The notes: generated from the letters alone by a model not told the origin. A stretch of DNA of 20,863 bases from Fimbriimonadales bacterium (GCA_041744215.1 JBGTLG010000027.1:1-20863); one strand, 5' to 3'; shown: positions 1 to 8,148, counted from the stretch's first letter. Program-made: numbers and translations.

Positions 1-525
1 TTGAAGGTCGAGAAGAGCTGTCTGCAAAATGTGACTGCGCCCAATCAAGCGTGGGCGCTGGACTTTGTTCACGAGCGGCTTTCAAATGGCCGCACCGTGC
101 GTATTCTCGGTGTATTGGACTGCTTCACTCGTGAAAACTTGCTTTTGAAGGCGAGCCCGAGTTTTCCCGCGTGTGAAGTTGCACGCGAACTCGAATGGCT
201 CTTCTTGGTTCACGGACATCCCCAAAGACTAATCAGCGACAACGGTCCGGAGTTTCGCGCACTGAAAACCGATGTCGAACGATCTTTCATTCAGCCCGGA
301 AAACCGTGGCAGAACGGCTACATCGAGAGCTTCTTTGGAAAGCTCCGCGACGAACTTCTATCCTGCGAACTCTTCGACTGCGGCTCTGAACTGCAAACGA
401 AGCTCAGCGAGTTTCAGGAATACTACAACACCGAACGCCCGCACCTCGGCCTGTCTGGTCAAACCCCTGCACGGTTCAAGGAAAGGCTGTTCGAAACGAC
501 CAACGACGAGATCCTAACAAAATGA
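1..525 (+). CDS. IS3-family transposase, integrase core (DDE) domain; 5'-truncated by the window edge
   Basis: WALDFV...LDCFTRE...SDNGPEF...PGKPWQNGYIESFFGKLRDE...YNTERPHLGL...TP, the DDE triad and C-terminal motif of IS3 OrfB. Confidence 0.93.
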   Translation: MKVEKSCLQNVTAPNQAWALDFVHERLSNGRTVRILGVLDCFTRENLLLKASPSFPACEVARELEWLFLVHGHPQRLISDNGPEFRALKTDVERSFIQPGKPWQNGYIESFFGKLRDELLSCELFDCGSELQTKLSEFQEYYNTERPHLGLSGQTPARFKERLFETTNDEILTK

Positions 526-551
526 CCTGGAGCGAAAATGGGGACTAGTCA
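1..551 (+). mobile_element. Right end of an IS3-family insertion sequence, terminal IR approx. 527-551
   Basis: After the transposase stop, CTGGAGCGAAAATGGGGACTAGTCA ends in CA; its reverse complement TGACTAGTCCCC... fits the IS3 5'-TG...CA-3' terminus pattern. The left end is outside the window. Confidence 0.75.
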
Positions 552-724
552 GTGCCATCGCTATGGCAGTTGCATTTCGAGCAGGATGCTTGGCCTTAGA
601 GATGGGGGATATGGTGTTGGACGTGCAACGCAGAGTGATTGATTTGAAGAGGGAAGTTGACGACTTAAAGAATGATAGAGATGCGCGAACTGAAGCTTCC
701 CCAGTTGAGGGCAACACGGATTGA
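552..724 (+). pseudogene. Possible 3' remnant of a gene interrupted by the IS
   Basis: Open frame from the IS end: AIAMAVAFRAGCLALEMGDMVLDVQRRVIDLKREVDDLKNDRDARTEASPVEGNTD, then TGA TAA; hydrophobic then coiled-coil-like. Confidence 0.35.
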
Positions 725-865
725 TAATGTCATAGGCTGATGAAGGGTTGCGGATGCGGGATAGGGTTTTGGTATGTGGTTGCAATCACACTTATAAACT
801 GGGTGCTGAAGCGACGTGAGTAAAGTGTTCGAAATGCTGTGTCTCTGCGATGACGCGTTCTTCAG

Positions 866-2296
866 TTACTGCTCAAATGGCGTTAGCTGACCCTGATCGT
901 ATACAACGAGAAGCCGATCGCCTAACTCGGCAGCGTTGACGATCGTCAGCGCTCCGTCTGCAAGCAGAGCGAATGAGGGCTCGACCTCACCTGCGAGGAG
1001 GTTCCCGCCCGGCCCGGATCGGTATGCGCCGTCGAACACAATTGCAACCGGTGTTTGTGAAATCGAAAGCCGCGCCAGCGAAAGCGGCGGATCGCCTCGA
1101 TATCCGTGGAGCGTCATCGCATCATCGAGTCCCTCGCGAAAAATGTATGCGCCTCGGTAGCTGTCGGGAACACCAACGATTGCAAGCGGCCGATCAAACG
1201 ACACTGCAGATTTTAGAAACTCGTCAGCCTGCCTTCCTGCATCAATCCAATTCGTTGATAGCGCAATAAGATTGGAGGCGAATGCGATGCAGGCGAGTGA
1301 CCCAAATGCGAGGTGCGACCTCCGACGCGCATCGAAAGCGAGTGCAACAACAAGCGCAGCAAAAACCGAAGCAAGGAAGACGAAGCGGTCGTTGAAAGTT
1401 GTCGAAAGCGGAACTCGAAGCGTCACTGTCGGCGCAATCGCCAGCACCATCGCGAGGATACAAAACCAAGCCTTTCGCACGTCGATGCGCGACGGGGCGA
1501 AGATAGAGAGTAGCAAGCTGACGACAATGGCGAGAAAGGCGAGCCCAAACACACCGCCGAGGACTGGAGACGGCAATACGGGCTTGAAGAATTGAATCAC
1601 TGCGTTTGTGCCCGCGTTCTTGAGCGAGAAGTCCAGGTGCTCGCCGCCATATCCGCCTATGATTCCGCCGACTACCGATGAGCGAATGACGACGAAGAGA
1701 ACAAGGATCGCAAACAATGCGCCAAAAGCAAGTAACGGCTTTCTATTCCGCGCGACGATCAGTTGGTAGGCGAGCAAAATGAAAGGAAAGACGATCGCGC
1801 TCTCCTTGCTTAGAAGGGCGAGGGCGAACAAAACGACCGTCAGCAGAAGCCGACCTCGAAGATGCGCCAAGAAAGCTCCAGCAACGAAAGCTGTCGCAAA
1901 GAGATCCGTTCTTCCTGACACCCAATAGAGCGCCTCTGCGTGAACGGGCAAAACGGCAAACAATACGGCGCAGAAGAGCGCGCCCGATGGCGCAAACCTC
2001 TTCGCGATGAGGTAAACAAAAACGACGCAACCTACGTATGCGACGGTGTTAGTGACGTGATACCCAATCGGGTTTAAGCCCCAGATCCAGTAGTCGAGCC
2101 AGATGCTGATAGAGATTAGCGGTCTGAAGAAATCTGACGGTGCAGTTGACCAAACTCCGAGCGGACCGCTATCCGCGACTCCGCGAATCAGCGCGTAATC
2201 GTCGGAAACCAAGCCAACCGCCACGCCCGGCAGTGAAACGATGACGGCGACTGCGATGGATAAGACGAGCCGATAGTCGATGTTCGCGTCGCGCAC
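866..2296 (-). CDS. Multi-pass membrane glycosyltransferase, GT-C fold (PMT/TMTC-like, no TPRs)
   Basis: SDDY, FFRPL, WGLNPIGYHVTN, LPVHAEALYWVSGRTD, ALLSKESA and DRFVF motifs; about 11 hydrophobic segments. Confidence 0.8.
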   Translation of the reverse strand: MRDANIDYRLVLSIAVAVIVSLPGVAVGLVSDDYALIRGVADSGPLGVWSTAPSDFFRPLISISIWLDYWIWGLNPIGYHVTNTVAYVGCVVFVYLIAKRFAPSGALFCAVLFAVLPVHAEALYWVSGRTDLFATAFVAGAFLAHLRGRLLLTVVLFALALLSKESAIVFPFILLAYQLIVARNRKPLLAFGALFAILVLFVVIRSSVVGGIIGGYGGEHLDFSLKNAGTNAVIQFFKPVLPSPVLGGVFGLAFLAIVVSLLLSIFAPSRIDVRKAWFCILAMVLAIAPTVTLRVPLSTTFNDRFVFLASVFAALVVALAFDARRRSHLAFGSLACIAFASNLIALSTNWIDAGRQADEFLKSAVSFDRPLAIVGVPDSYRGAYIFREGLDDAMTLHGYRGDPPLSLARLSISQTPVAIVFDGAYRSGPGGNLLAGEVEPSFALLADGALTIVNAAELGDRLLVVYDQGQLTPFEQ

Positions 2297-2311
2297 GGCG
2301 CGGAGTATGCC

Positions 2312-2986
2312 TTATCCCGCGAGCTTCGATAGGATCGCCTTGCCATCGATTCCGCCGAGGATGTCGGCACATGCGCGTTCAGGGTGCGGCATCAATCCGA
2401 GGACGTTTCCTCGCTCGTTCAATATGCCAGCGATGTTTTCTGATGCGCCGTTCGGGTTGTGCTCGTCGCCTTCTTGGCCTTCGGGCCCACAATAAACAAA
2501 CGCGATTCGCCCATCGCCTCTTAGGCGTGCGAGCGTTTCCTCATCGGCGATGTAACGGCCTTCGTTGTGCGCAATTGGGACCCGCAATACTTTGTCGATG
2601 CCCGATGTCCAAACCGAATCCTTATTGACGCTCTTGATGTAAACCTTTCGACAGATGAATCTCATACCTGCATTCCGAACGAGCGCGCCGGGCAAAACTC
2701 CTGCTTCGGTCAGTATCTGAAAACCGTTGCAGATGCCAATGACCGGTTTGCCCTCGTCAGCAAATCGCTTAACTTCAGCGACGATGGGCGAGCGCGACGC
2801 AATCGCGCCGCCGCGCAGATAGTCGCCGTAGGTAAACCCTCCAGGCACGACAACTCCGCTAAAACCATCAAGCGAAGTCTCCTTGTGCCAAACGTATTCT
2901 GCCGCGATGTTGAGACGGTCATTTAGCGCGTGAAGCGCGTCTTGATCGCAGTTGCTGCCGGGTGTCTGTACAACCGCGACTTTCAC
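2312..2986 (-). CDS. purQ: Phosphoribosylformylglycinamidine synthase glutaminase subunit
   Basis: PGSNCD, PGGFTYGDYLR, GICNGFQIL (catalytic Cys), PIAHNEGRY, GLMPHPER; GTG start overlaps the purS stop (GTGA). Confidence 0.97.
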   Translation of the reverse strand: MKVAVVQTPGSNCDQDALHALNDRLNIAAEYVWHKETSLDGFSGVVVPGGFTYGDYLRGGAIASRSPIVAEVKRFADEGKPVIGICNGFQILTEAGVLPGALVRNAGMRFICRKVYIKSVNKDSVWTSGIDKVLRVPIAHNEGRYIADEETLARLRGDGRIAFVYCGPEGQEGDEHNPNGASENIAGILNERGNVLGLMPHPERACADILGGIDGKAILSKLAG

Positions 2987-3216
2987 TTGGCCTCGACGAC
3001 CTCAAATGTTTCGATCACCGGATTAGCGAGAAGTTTCTTCGCCATTTCTTCAACTTGTTCCCGCGATCCATTGCTCACCGTGACATCCATCAGCTTGCCA
3101 ACTCGAACATCTTCGACGGAGTCAAATCCCATCCCTCGCAACGAATCCGTGACTGCTCGACCGGCCGAGTCGAGGAGGGCAGGTTTGAGGGTGACGTAGA
3201 CACGATATCGGGTCAT
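2983..3216 (-). CDS. purS: Phosphoribosylformylglycinamidine synthase subunit PurS (77 aa; start revised to ATG 3216)
   Basis: VYVTLKPALLDSAGRAV...VRVGK...KLLANPVIETF signature; coupled to purQ. Confidence 0.95.
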   Translation of the reverse strand: MTRYRVYVTLKPALLDSAGRAVTDSLRGMGFDSVEDVRVGKLMDVTVSNGSREQVEEMAKKLLANPVIETFEVVEAK

Positions 3217-3238
3217 TTGCGGATTTTGGCACGCAATC

Positions 3239-3267
3239 CTCGTACTTTCTCCGGCAATACCTGTCAA
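3239..3267 (-). promoter_or_regulatory. Candidate sigma70 promoter for purSQ
   Basis: Minus strand TTGACA (3267-3262), 17-bp spacer, imperfect -10 TACGAG (3244-3239). Confidence 0.4.
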
Positions 3268-3338
3268 ACTTGCGCTTCGCTGTCTCGCCTGGAGGCGGAA
3301 TGGCTCAAGGGACCGATGCCTTTGGAGGGACTCCGTCC

Positions 3339-4076
3339 ATGACCATACTTGGCCTTGCTGTGCTGTTCGCCGCATCGTCAGCGGCTCCTGCCAACCTCTC
3401 CCCGTTGGTTGACTCCGACGTGGTCGACTACTATTCGCGCGCTTTATCGGCAGAGCGTGAAGGCGATTCTCAAAAGAGCATGGCTATGCTCAAAGCGCTG
3501 CTCGTCCCCCGCGCGGCGGTCAGGGTCGACTACTCAGGCCTTCCAGACGACATCCGCGCAAGCTTCAAGCGCGGTGTCGAGAGCGGTTTCGCTATGTGGC
3601 GAACTTCACTCGGCTCGGATATGCCGTTCACGCTGACCGACCGTGCCGACGCTCCGGTTACTCTCCGGTTCGTCGATGCGATCCATGGTCACAACCATCA
3701 GGGGATGGCTTGCAAAGGGGAGATCACCGCAAAGCGACGGATCCAGTGGGGCCCAAACGTCCACTATTTTGAGTTTACTGCTCAGGTCAGCATTGTTCGG
3801 TACCGGCAAGGCAAGGAATGGATGACCAGCGATGAGGTGGCGCACATAACCGCCCACGAACTTGGTCACGCCTTAGGTTTGGGCGACATCCAGAGATCCG
3901 GCAGACTGATGGGGCCGATGGTGATGGGCAAGCCGCTCGCGAGCGTGCCTCCCGACGAATCTCGAGCTGTGGCCCAGCTTCGATCGGTCCTGAAGTACGA
4001 GATCGATAGGGTTGCCACACAGTCATCTACACGGCCAGTATCCGGGAACCAGCGAACCGCAATCGCAATACCGTAA
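3339..4076 (+). CDS. Secreted zinc metalloprotease, metzincin (matrixin/snapalysin-like); start revised to ATG 3339
   Basis: SD GGAGGG upstream; signal-peptide-like MTILGLAVLFAASSAA; HELGHALGLGD zinc motif followed by a Met-turn (RLMGP). Confidence 0.82.
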   Translation: MTILGLAVLFAASSAAPANLSPLVDSDVVDYYSRALSAEREGDSQKSMAMLKALLVPRAAVRVDYSGLPDDIRASFKRGVESGFAMWRTSLGSDMPFTLTDRADAPVTLRFVDAIHGHNHQGMACKGEITAKRRIQWGPNVHYFEFTAQVSIVRYRQGKEWMTSDEVAHITAHELGHALGLGDIQRSGRLMGPMVMGKPLASVPPDESRAVAQLRSVLKYEIDRVATQSSTRPVSGNQRTAIAIP

Positions 4077-4218
4077 CCCTATTGCATTTAGTGCGTCAGA
4101 CCTTCGCTGCCAACTGAGGCAAGAGGGCAAAATCGCCTCAACAAGTTTTTTGGGGTCTTTTTTGCCAAAACTGCCGTAGAATGGTGGAAGCCACTCTCGT
4201 TGTTGGCGGAGGCTCTAC

Positions 4219-5673
4219 ATGAAGAGATTCTATCTAACGATCGCAGTCGTCGGCCTCACGGTCGCAATTTTGCCTGCCGGCGCTCAGTTTCGGCCCGGCA
4301 ACCCTCCGAAGCAGGACCCACCCAAACAAGGTGACCCGCCTAAACAGTCTCCCCCGGTGAACAACCCACCGCCGAGGCAGTCTCCTCCAGCGAACAACCC
4401 TCCGCCGAGGCAGTCTCCTCCGGCGAACAACCCGCCACCGAGGCAGTCTCCTCCAGTAAACAACCCGCCGAAGCAGAGCCCTCCGGTGAACAACCCTCCG
4501 CCGAGGCAGACACCGCCGGCGAACAACCCGCCGAAGCAGAGTCCCCCGGTGAACAACCCGCCTCCGAGGCAGTCTCCACCTATCAACAGCCCAGGCAGGC
4601 AGAACCCGCCACAGCAGGCTCCGCCATCTCAAGGTGGAGGACTCCAGCAGGGCAACCCGCCTCGCCAATCCCCACCCGGAAACTCAGGCTCGGGACCGGC
4701 TTTTGGCGACCGCAATGCAGGCAACCCTCCGAATCAGGGCGGTCGCTCAGGCAACGACATCACTCAGCCCGGACCGAAACCCGGCTTCGGCGACCGCGGG
4801 CGAATCTTCAATCCTAACGTCCCAGTTGCCGACCAGTTCAAGCCTACGAACCCTCAAGGGCCCGGCTTTTCGCCTAAGACGGGTGGCTTCGATACCAAGC
4901 AGAACACGAACGTCCCGTACGGTGGCAGTCAAGCCCACAAAACGCCGCATGCGTTCCCTGCTCCTTCTGGGCCGAGGATCCGCGATCCGTACTTCGTTGA
5001 TACGAGCTACTACGGGCGCAATCACTGTCGAATCGGGTACTCGCACTACTATCCGTGGTGGCGCGATTGGTACTTCGGCTATAGATGGTATGTCTCCGAC
5101 CCGTGGTCGTATCGTTGCTACTTCTCACCGTACTACTGGTATGTCTCGATCCCAGCTTACGTCCGCTATGACCGCGTGATCATCATCACGCCCCGGATCA
5201 TCGTGCTCACTGGCAGCTATCTGGACTGGCGTTACTACGGCATGGGTGCGACGCATAACACGTACTACGGCGGATACGGTTACAGCTATGGCAGCGCCGG
5301 TCGTCCGATCGATCGAGCTCTGAGTAACTTGACCGATGCCTTCCGCTATGAAGATCCATCTCTGTTGGGCAACTTCCTAACGTCCGACAGTCAGGTGAAC
5401 ATCTACATAGACGAGAACTATGCGTATACACTCAACGGCGCCGACTACTACGACATGACAGCTGACTTGATCCAAAACGTGTACACGACAAACTATCAGA
5501 TAGAGCGTGTACGCCAAGCCCGATCCGGCGAGTACGTCGTACTAGCGCGTCATGACTTCGTCGACCCGAACAACTCTCATCAGACCGTGTGGATGACGTT
5601 CACTCTGCAAGAGTATCGTGGCCACTTCTACATCATAGAAGCTGGCACGAGCCGTCATCAGCCGCGCATCTAA
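4219..5673 (+). CDS. Secreted protein: Pro/Asn/Gln repeat N-terminus, Tyr/Trp-rich middle, globular C-terminal domain (possibly NTF2-like)
   Basis: SD GGAGG at 4208-4212; signal peptide MKRFYLTIAVVGLTVAILPAGA; 484-aa ORF followed by a strong hairpin. Confidence 0.8.
   Translation: MKRFYLTIAVVGLTVAILPAGAQFRPGNPPKQDPPKQGDPPKQSPPVNNPPPRQSPPANNPPPRQSPPANNPPPRQSPPVNNPPKQSPPVNNPPPRQTPPANNPPKQSPPVNNPPPRQSPPINSPGRQNPPQQAPPSQGGGLQQGNPPRQSPPGNSGSGPAFGDRNAGNPPNQGGRSGNDITQPGPKPGFGDRGRIFNPNVPVADQFKPTNPQGPGFSPKTGGFDTKQNTNVPYGGSQAHKTPHAFPAPSGPRIRDPYFVDTSYYGRNHCRIGYSHYYPWWRDWYFGYRWYVSDPWSYRCYFSPYYWYVSIPAYVRYDRVIIITPRIIVLTGSYLDWRYYGMGATHNTYYGGYGYSYGSAGRPIDRALSNLTDAFRYEDPSLLGNFLTSDSQVNIYIDENYAYTLNGADYYDMTADLIQNVYTTNYQIERVRQARSGEYVVLARHDFVDPNNSHQTVWMTFTLQEYRGHFYIIEAGTSRHQPRI
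4345..4599 (+). repeat. Intragenic tandem repeat of 30/33-nt units encoding Q[ST]PP[VA]NNPP(PR/K); 7 clear units and 1 degenerate
   Basis: Visible in DNA and protein; synonymous variation between units. Confidence 0.92.
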
Positions 5674-5694
5674 CTACGCAGATCGCGCAAGCAC

Positions 5695-5734
5695 GAGGCC
5701 CCAACTCCACTTGGAATTGGGGCCTCAATTCTTT
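5695..5734 (+). terminator. Probable intrinsic terminator
   Basis: GAGGCCCCAA-CTCCACTTGGAA-TTGGGGCCTC, a 10-bp perfect stem (5695-5726) followed by AATTCTTT, 21 nt after the stop. Confidence 0.7.
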
Positions 5735-5764
5735 GATGCGCGGCTGGCGTCGGGTTCATAAACT

Positions 5765-5805
5765 GTAGAGGCCTCGGCTGGAGGGGAGTTCACCGAGGCC
5801 TCTGC
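5765..5805. repeat. Inverted repeat (hairpin)
   Basis: AGAGGCCTCGG (5767-5777) pairs perfectly with CCGAGGCCTCT (5793-5803), 15-nt loop; function unknown. Confidence 0.6.
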
Positions 5806-5980
5806 GGGAGGAGAGGGACAAAAAAGAGTCAAGCTTCTGCGCGCTGTATTTTTCTGACGAGTGGAGAATTGATTCCGTTCCGCATGGACTGCGGCGGACC
5901 TGACCGCTGAGTTCAAGCATGATGAAAATAAACGACATCCGGGAGGGCAGTTATCCTCGCCTTTTGCTTCGCAGGAAGAT

Positions 5981-6093
5981 CCCGAGTTCGACTCGATGCT
6001 GCCCATCACCCGTGAAACGACGAATCGCAACGCAAGGTACATTGAGAAGTTCGATGTTCGCAGACCGCAACTCTAAGACTATGGGACACCGCC
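5981..6093 (+). repeat. Diverged dispersed repeat, copy A (copy B at 20382-20493)
   Basis: 6032-6078 matches 20431-20477 at 44/47 nt; collinear upstream blocks CCCGAGTT, CCATCACCC and AACGACGAA. Confidence 0.85.
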
Positions 6094-6183
6094 GGACCCA
6101 ATCGAAACCTCAACGGGCCACCCGCCGATATCAAGATTGACTGTACCTGCACCCTACACGGCAAGCAGTGGAGGGATAAGAAA

Positions 6184-6555
6184 ATGGCTAAGTTCGCTTT
6201 TCCTGGTGAGCATACGAAGACCTTTCTTGCTGTTCTCACAGCACTAATCGTGCTTGTCGCGACCGTTATCTTTGCTCCCTATGTTCTTGGAAGAAACTTC
6301 GAAATCAAAGCGAGAACACTCATCGGTCAATCTCGACACGAGGTCACCGAGGTTTTCGGGCAACCCGATGATGTAGTTTCGATCTCAGAGGTAACAGCAG
6401 GGCTTAAGCGCTTTCCACCTGACGGATTCGTCCTAAAACCTGATTACAAACTGACAAGCGAAGTCCTTGTCTATAGGAACGCGCTGTATGGCAATATCTG
6501 TGTGTTCATCAACAAGGATGAACGTGTTGAGGCTGTCGCTCGCGCAGTTAGTTGA
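6184..6555 (+). CDS. Small membrane-anchored protein, SmpA/OmlA(BamE)-like motif; possible orphan immunity protein
   Basis: SD GGAGGG; one N-terminal TM helix; LIGQSRHEVTEVFGQPD resembles the GMSxxEVxxxLGxP motif. Confidence 0.65.
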   Translation: MAKFAFPGEHTKTFLAVLTALIVLVATVIFAPYVLGRNFEIKARTLIGQSRHEVTEVFGQPDDVVSISEVTAGLKRFPPDGFVLKPDYKLTSEVLVYRNALYGNICVFINKDERVEAVARAVS

Positions 6556-6651
6556 GGTAGTTTTCTGCGCTCAAGTGGGTGGACGGAGTAACCCCTTGCA
6601 AGCAACAGGCTAAAGGGAGATGACGGCAGCGATAGAGGAGAAGAAGAGCGT

Positions 6652-8148
6652 CTAACGACAAGCTAAAACGGGACTGCTCCTGTGGATCACGAGCGAGCCC
6701 TCCTTCTCGCTCAGCGCAGATGCGTGATCAATTCGCATCTTAGCGAGTGGCAGTACCCGTTGACTCCGCCCGCGCCGAAGATTCCCGGAGCAGACGCCCC
6801 TACGCTCCGCCCAGTACTTCACGCCTAACCTCGCGGGTACCATTGCTCTTCGAGAGCGGCTGTAGCTTAATGGTAAAGCTCCTGCCTTCCAAGCAGGTGA
6901 CGTGGGTTCGATTCCCATCAGCCGCTCCAGGTTGTTTGAACTTGATTTCCGTCCCATTCGCCTATCTGCGGTCTCTGAATTCTGTTCCACCCCCGACTTC
7001 GGTGTAGTATTCGGTGTAGTATCCTCCGTGAGTTCCAGCCCCAGCATTGCCTCGGCTACGTCGCTATCAAGCGCTTTGACATATCTCTCGGTTGTCCTAA
7101 TGCTACGATGGCCCGCAACAGAAGCGACAACCTGTATCGACGCGGTTCTAGCCAGGTGAGTGAGCATCGTGTGGCGAAGTTCGTGAACGCTAAAGGGGTC
7201 GTCGACGCCAATCGCTTTTTGAAAGCGCTGAAAGGAGTGATGGATAGATGACCGGTGGTAGGGCGTGCCATCCTCCTGGCAAAACAGAAGCCCGTTGTCT
7301 CGATAGTCTGGACCGACATTTTCGCGGTCGATCTCACGTTGCAAGATCGCCAGTCTGAGTGCTTGTAGTGCCTTAGTGTTGAGCGGCAATAGTCGCTGAC
7401 TATGGCTCTTTGCGCTTCTGAGATCCCACTGGCCATCCTTGATGATCAGTTGATGGCTGATGTCGATACTGAGAACACCCTCATTTTCAACAATGGCATG
7501 TTCCGAAATGCCAAGCGCTTCTAAAACGCGAACTCCAGTATTGAGCAGAAAAAGCAGAATCGGATAGTGGCGAAACTTGCCTGCGGCAAACTGTTGCTCG
7601 GCCTCTGTTAGCACTCGTTGCAATTCGGCTTTGTTCATCGACCGAACCGGCGGACACTGGTAAGCTGGTCTCTTCACGTCCTCTGCGATGTTATGCGCCA
7701 CTAGCTTATGACGTTTGGCGAAGTTGAGACAGCGCTGGGCGATGTCGGCTGTGTAGATTGCAGTGCGAGTCTTGCCGGTTGCGTGCAGCCCGTTGACGAT
7801 CCGTTGCAATTGGACTGCTTGTAACTCCGATAAGCGTAGCCGCGCCAGCGAAGCAAGGTGGTTTCTTCGAACGCTAGTGTAAGATTCGACGGTTCTCGGC
7901 GACACCAGCGGTTCGCATATCTCCATTTGCAACCACAAATCGAACGCTTGATCGAACGTGAGAGTCTTGACAGTATCACAGATCCCTCCGACAAGTGTCA
8001 GTTGTTGCTTGACTGCCTCGATCTTCCTCTCAAGCTCTGATTTGGTCTTAGCTTTGCGTACGATCCTCCGGCCATTAACAACGAGCTCCCAACGTAGATA
8101 GGAACCCTCGCGGCGTCGACTGCCTTCACCTTTAGCCCGACGTTTCAT
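6652..8148 (-). CDS. Tyrosine recombinase/integrase; about 406 aa lie downstream of the tRNA and the last ~92 codons run antisense through tRNA-Gly and host DNA
   Basis: N-terminal KRRAKGEGS arm-binding motif; catalytic residues in TGVRVLEA, SAKS, HELRH, GHRS and TTERY. Confidence 0.93.
   Translation of the reverse strand: MKRRAKGEGSRRREGSYLRWELVVNGRRIVRKAKTKSELERKIEAVKQQLTLVGGICDTVKTLTFDQAFDLWLQMEICEPLVSPRTVESYTSVRRNHLASLARLRLSELQAVQLQRIVNGLHATGKTRTAIYTADIAQRCLNFAKRHKLVAHNIAEDVKRPAYQCPPVRSMNKAELQRVLTEAEQQFAAGKFRHYPILLFLLNTGVRVLEALGISEHAIVENEGVLSIDISHQLIIKDGQWDLRSAKSHSQRLLPLNTKALQALRLAILQREIDRENVGPDYRDNGLLFCQEDGTPYHRSSIHHSFQRFQKAIGVDDPFSVHELRHTMLTHLARTASIQVVASVAGHRSIRTTERYVKALDSDVAEAMLGLELTEDTTPNTTPKSGVEQNSETADRRMGRKSSSNNLERLMGIEPTSPAWKAGALPLSYSRSRRAMVPARLGVKYWAERRGVCSGNLRRGRSQRVLPLAKMRIDHASALSEKEGSLVIHRSSPVLACR
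6856..6929 (+). tRNA. tRNA-Gly (anticodon TCC), 74 nt, encoded CCA
   Basis: Acceptor stem GCGGCTG/CAGCCGC, D-arm GCTT...AAGC, anticodon arm CCTGC-CTTCCAA-GCAGG, T-loop GGTTCGATTCC, 3' TCCA; -10-like TACCAT at 6838-6843. Confidence 0.97.
6998..7021 (+). repeat. Perfect 12-bp tandem repeat TTCGGTGTAGTA x2; candidate integrase arm-type sites
   Basis: 6998-7009 is identical to 7010-7021, about 70 bp inside the element from the tRNA 3' end. Confidence 0.7.

Noticed and set aside
3217-3338. Purine-related riboswitch upstream of purS, and the longer track starts for purS (3375) and the protease (3270)
   Set aside because: No recognisable ZTP, purine or PRPP aptamer consensus; the longer starts would make the divergent genes overlap and add non-homologous sequence.
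4345-4599. 30-33-nt repeats as a CRISPR array
   Set aside because: Contiguous in-frame coding repeats with no unique spacers and no cas genes.
4234-4668. Minus-strand ORFs with striking repeats (GGGLFTGGDCL, RRRVV)
   Set aside because: Antisense shadows of the Pro-rich repeat gene, which has the SD, signal peptide and terminator.
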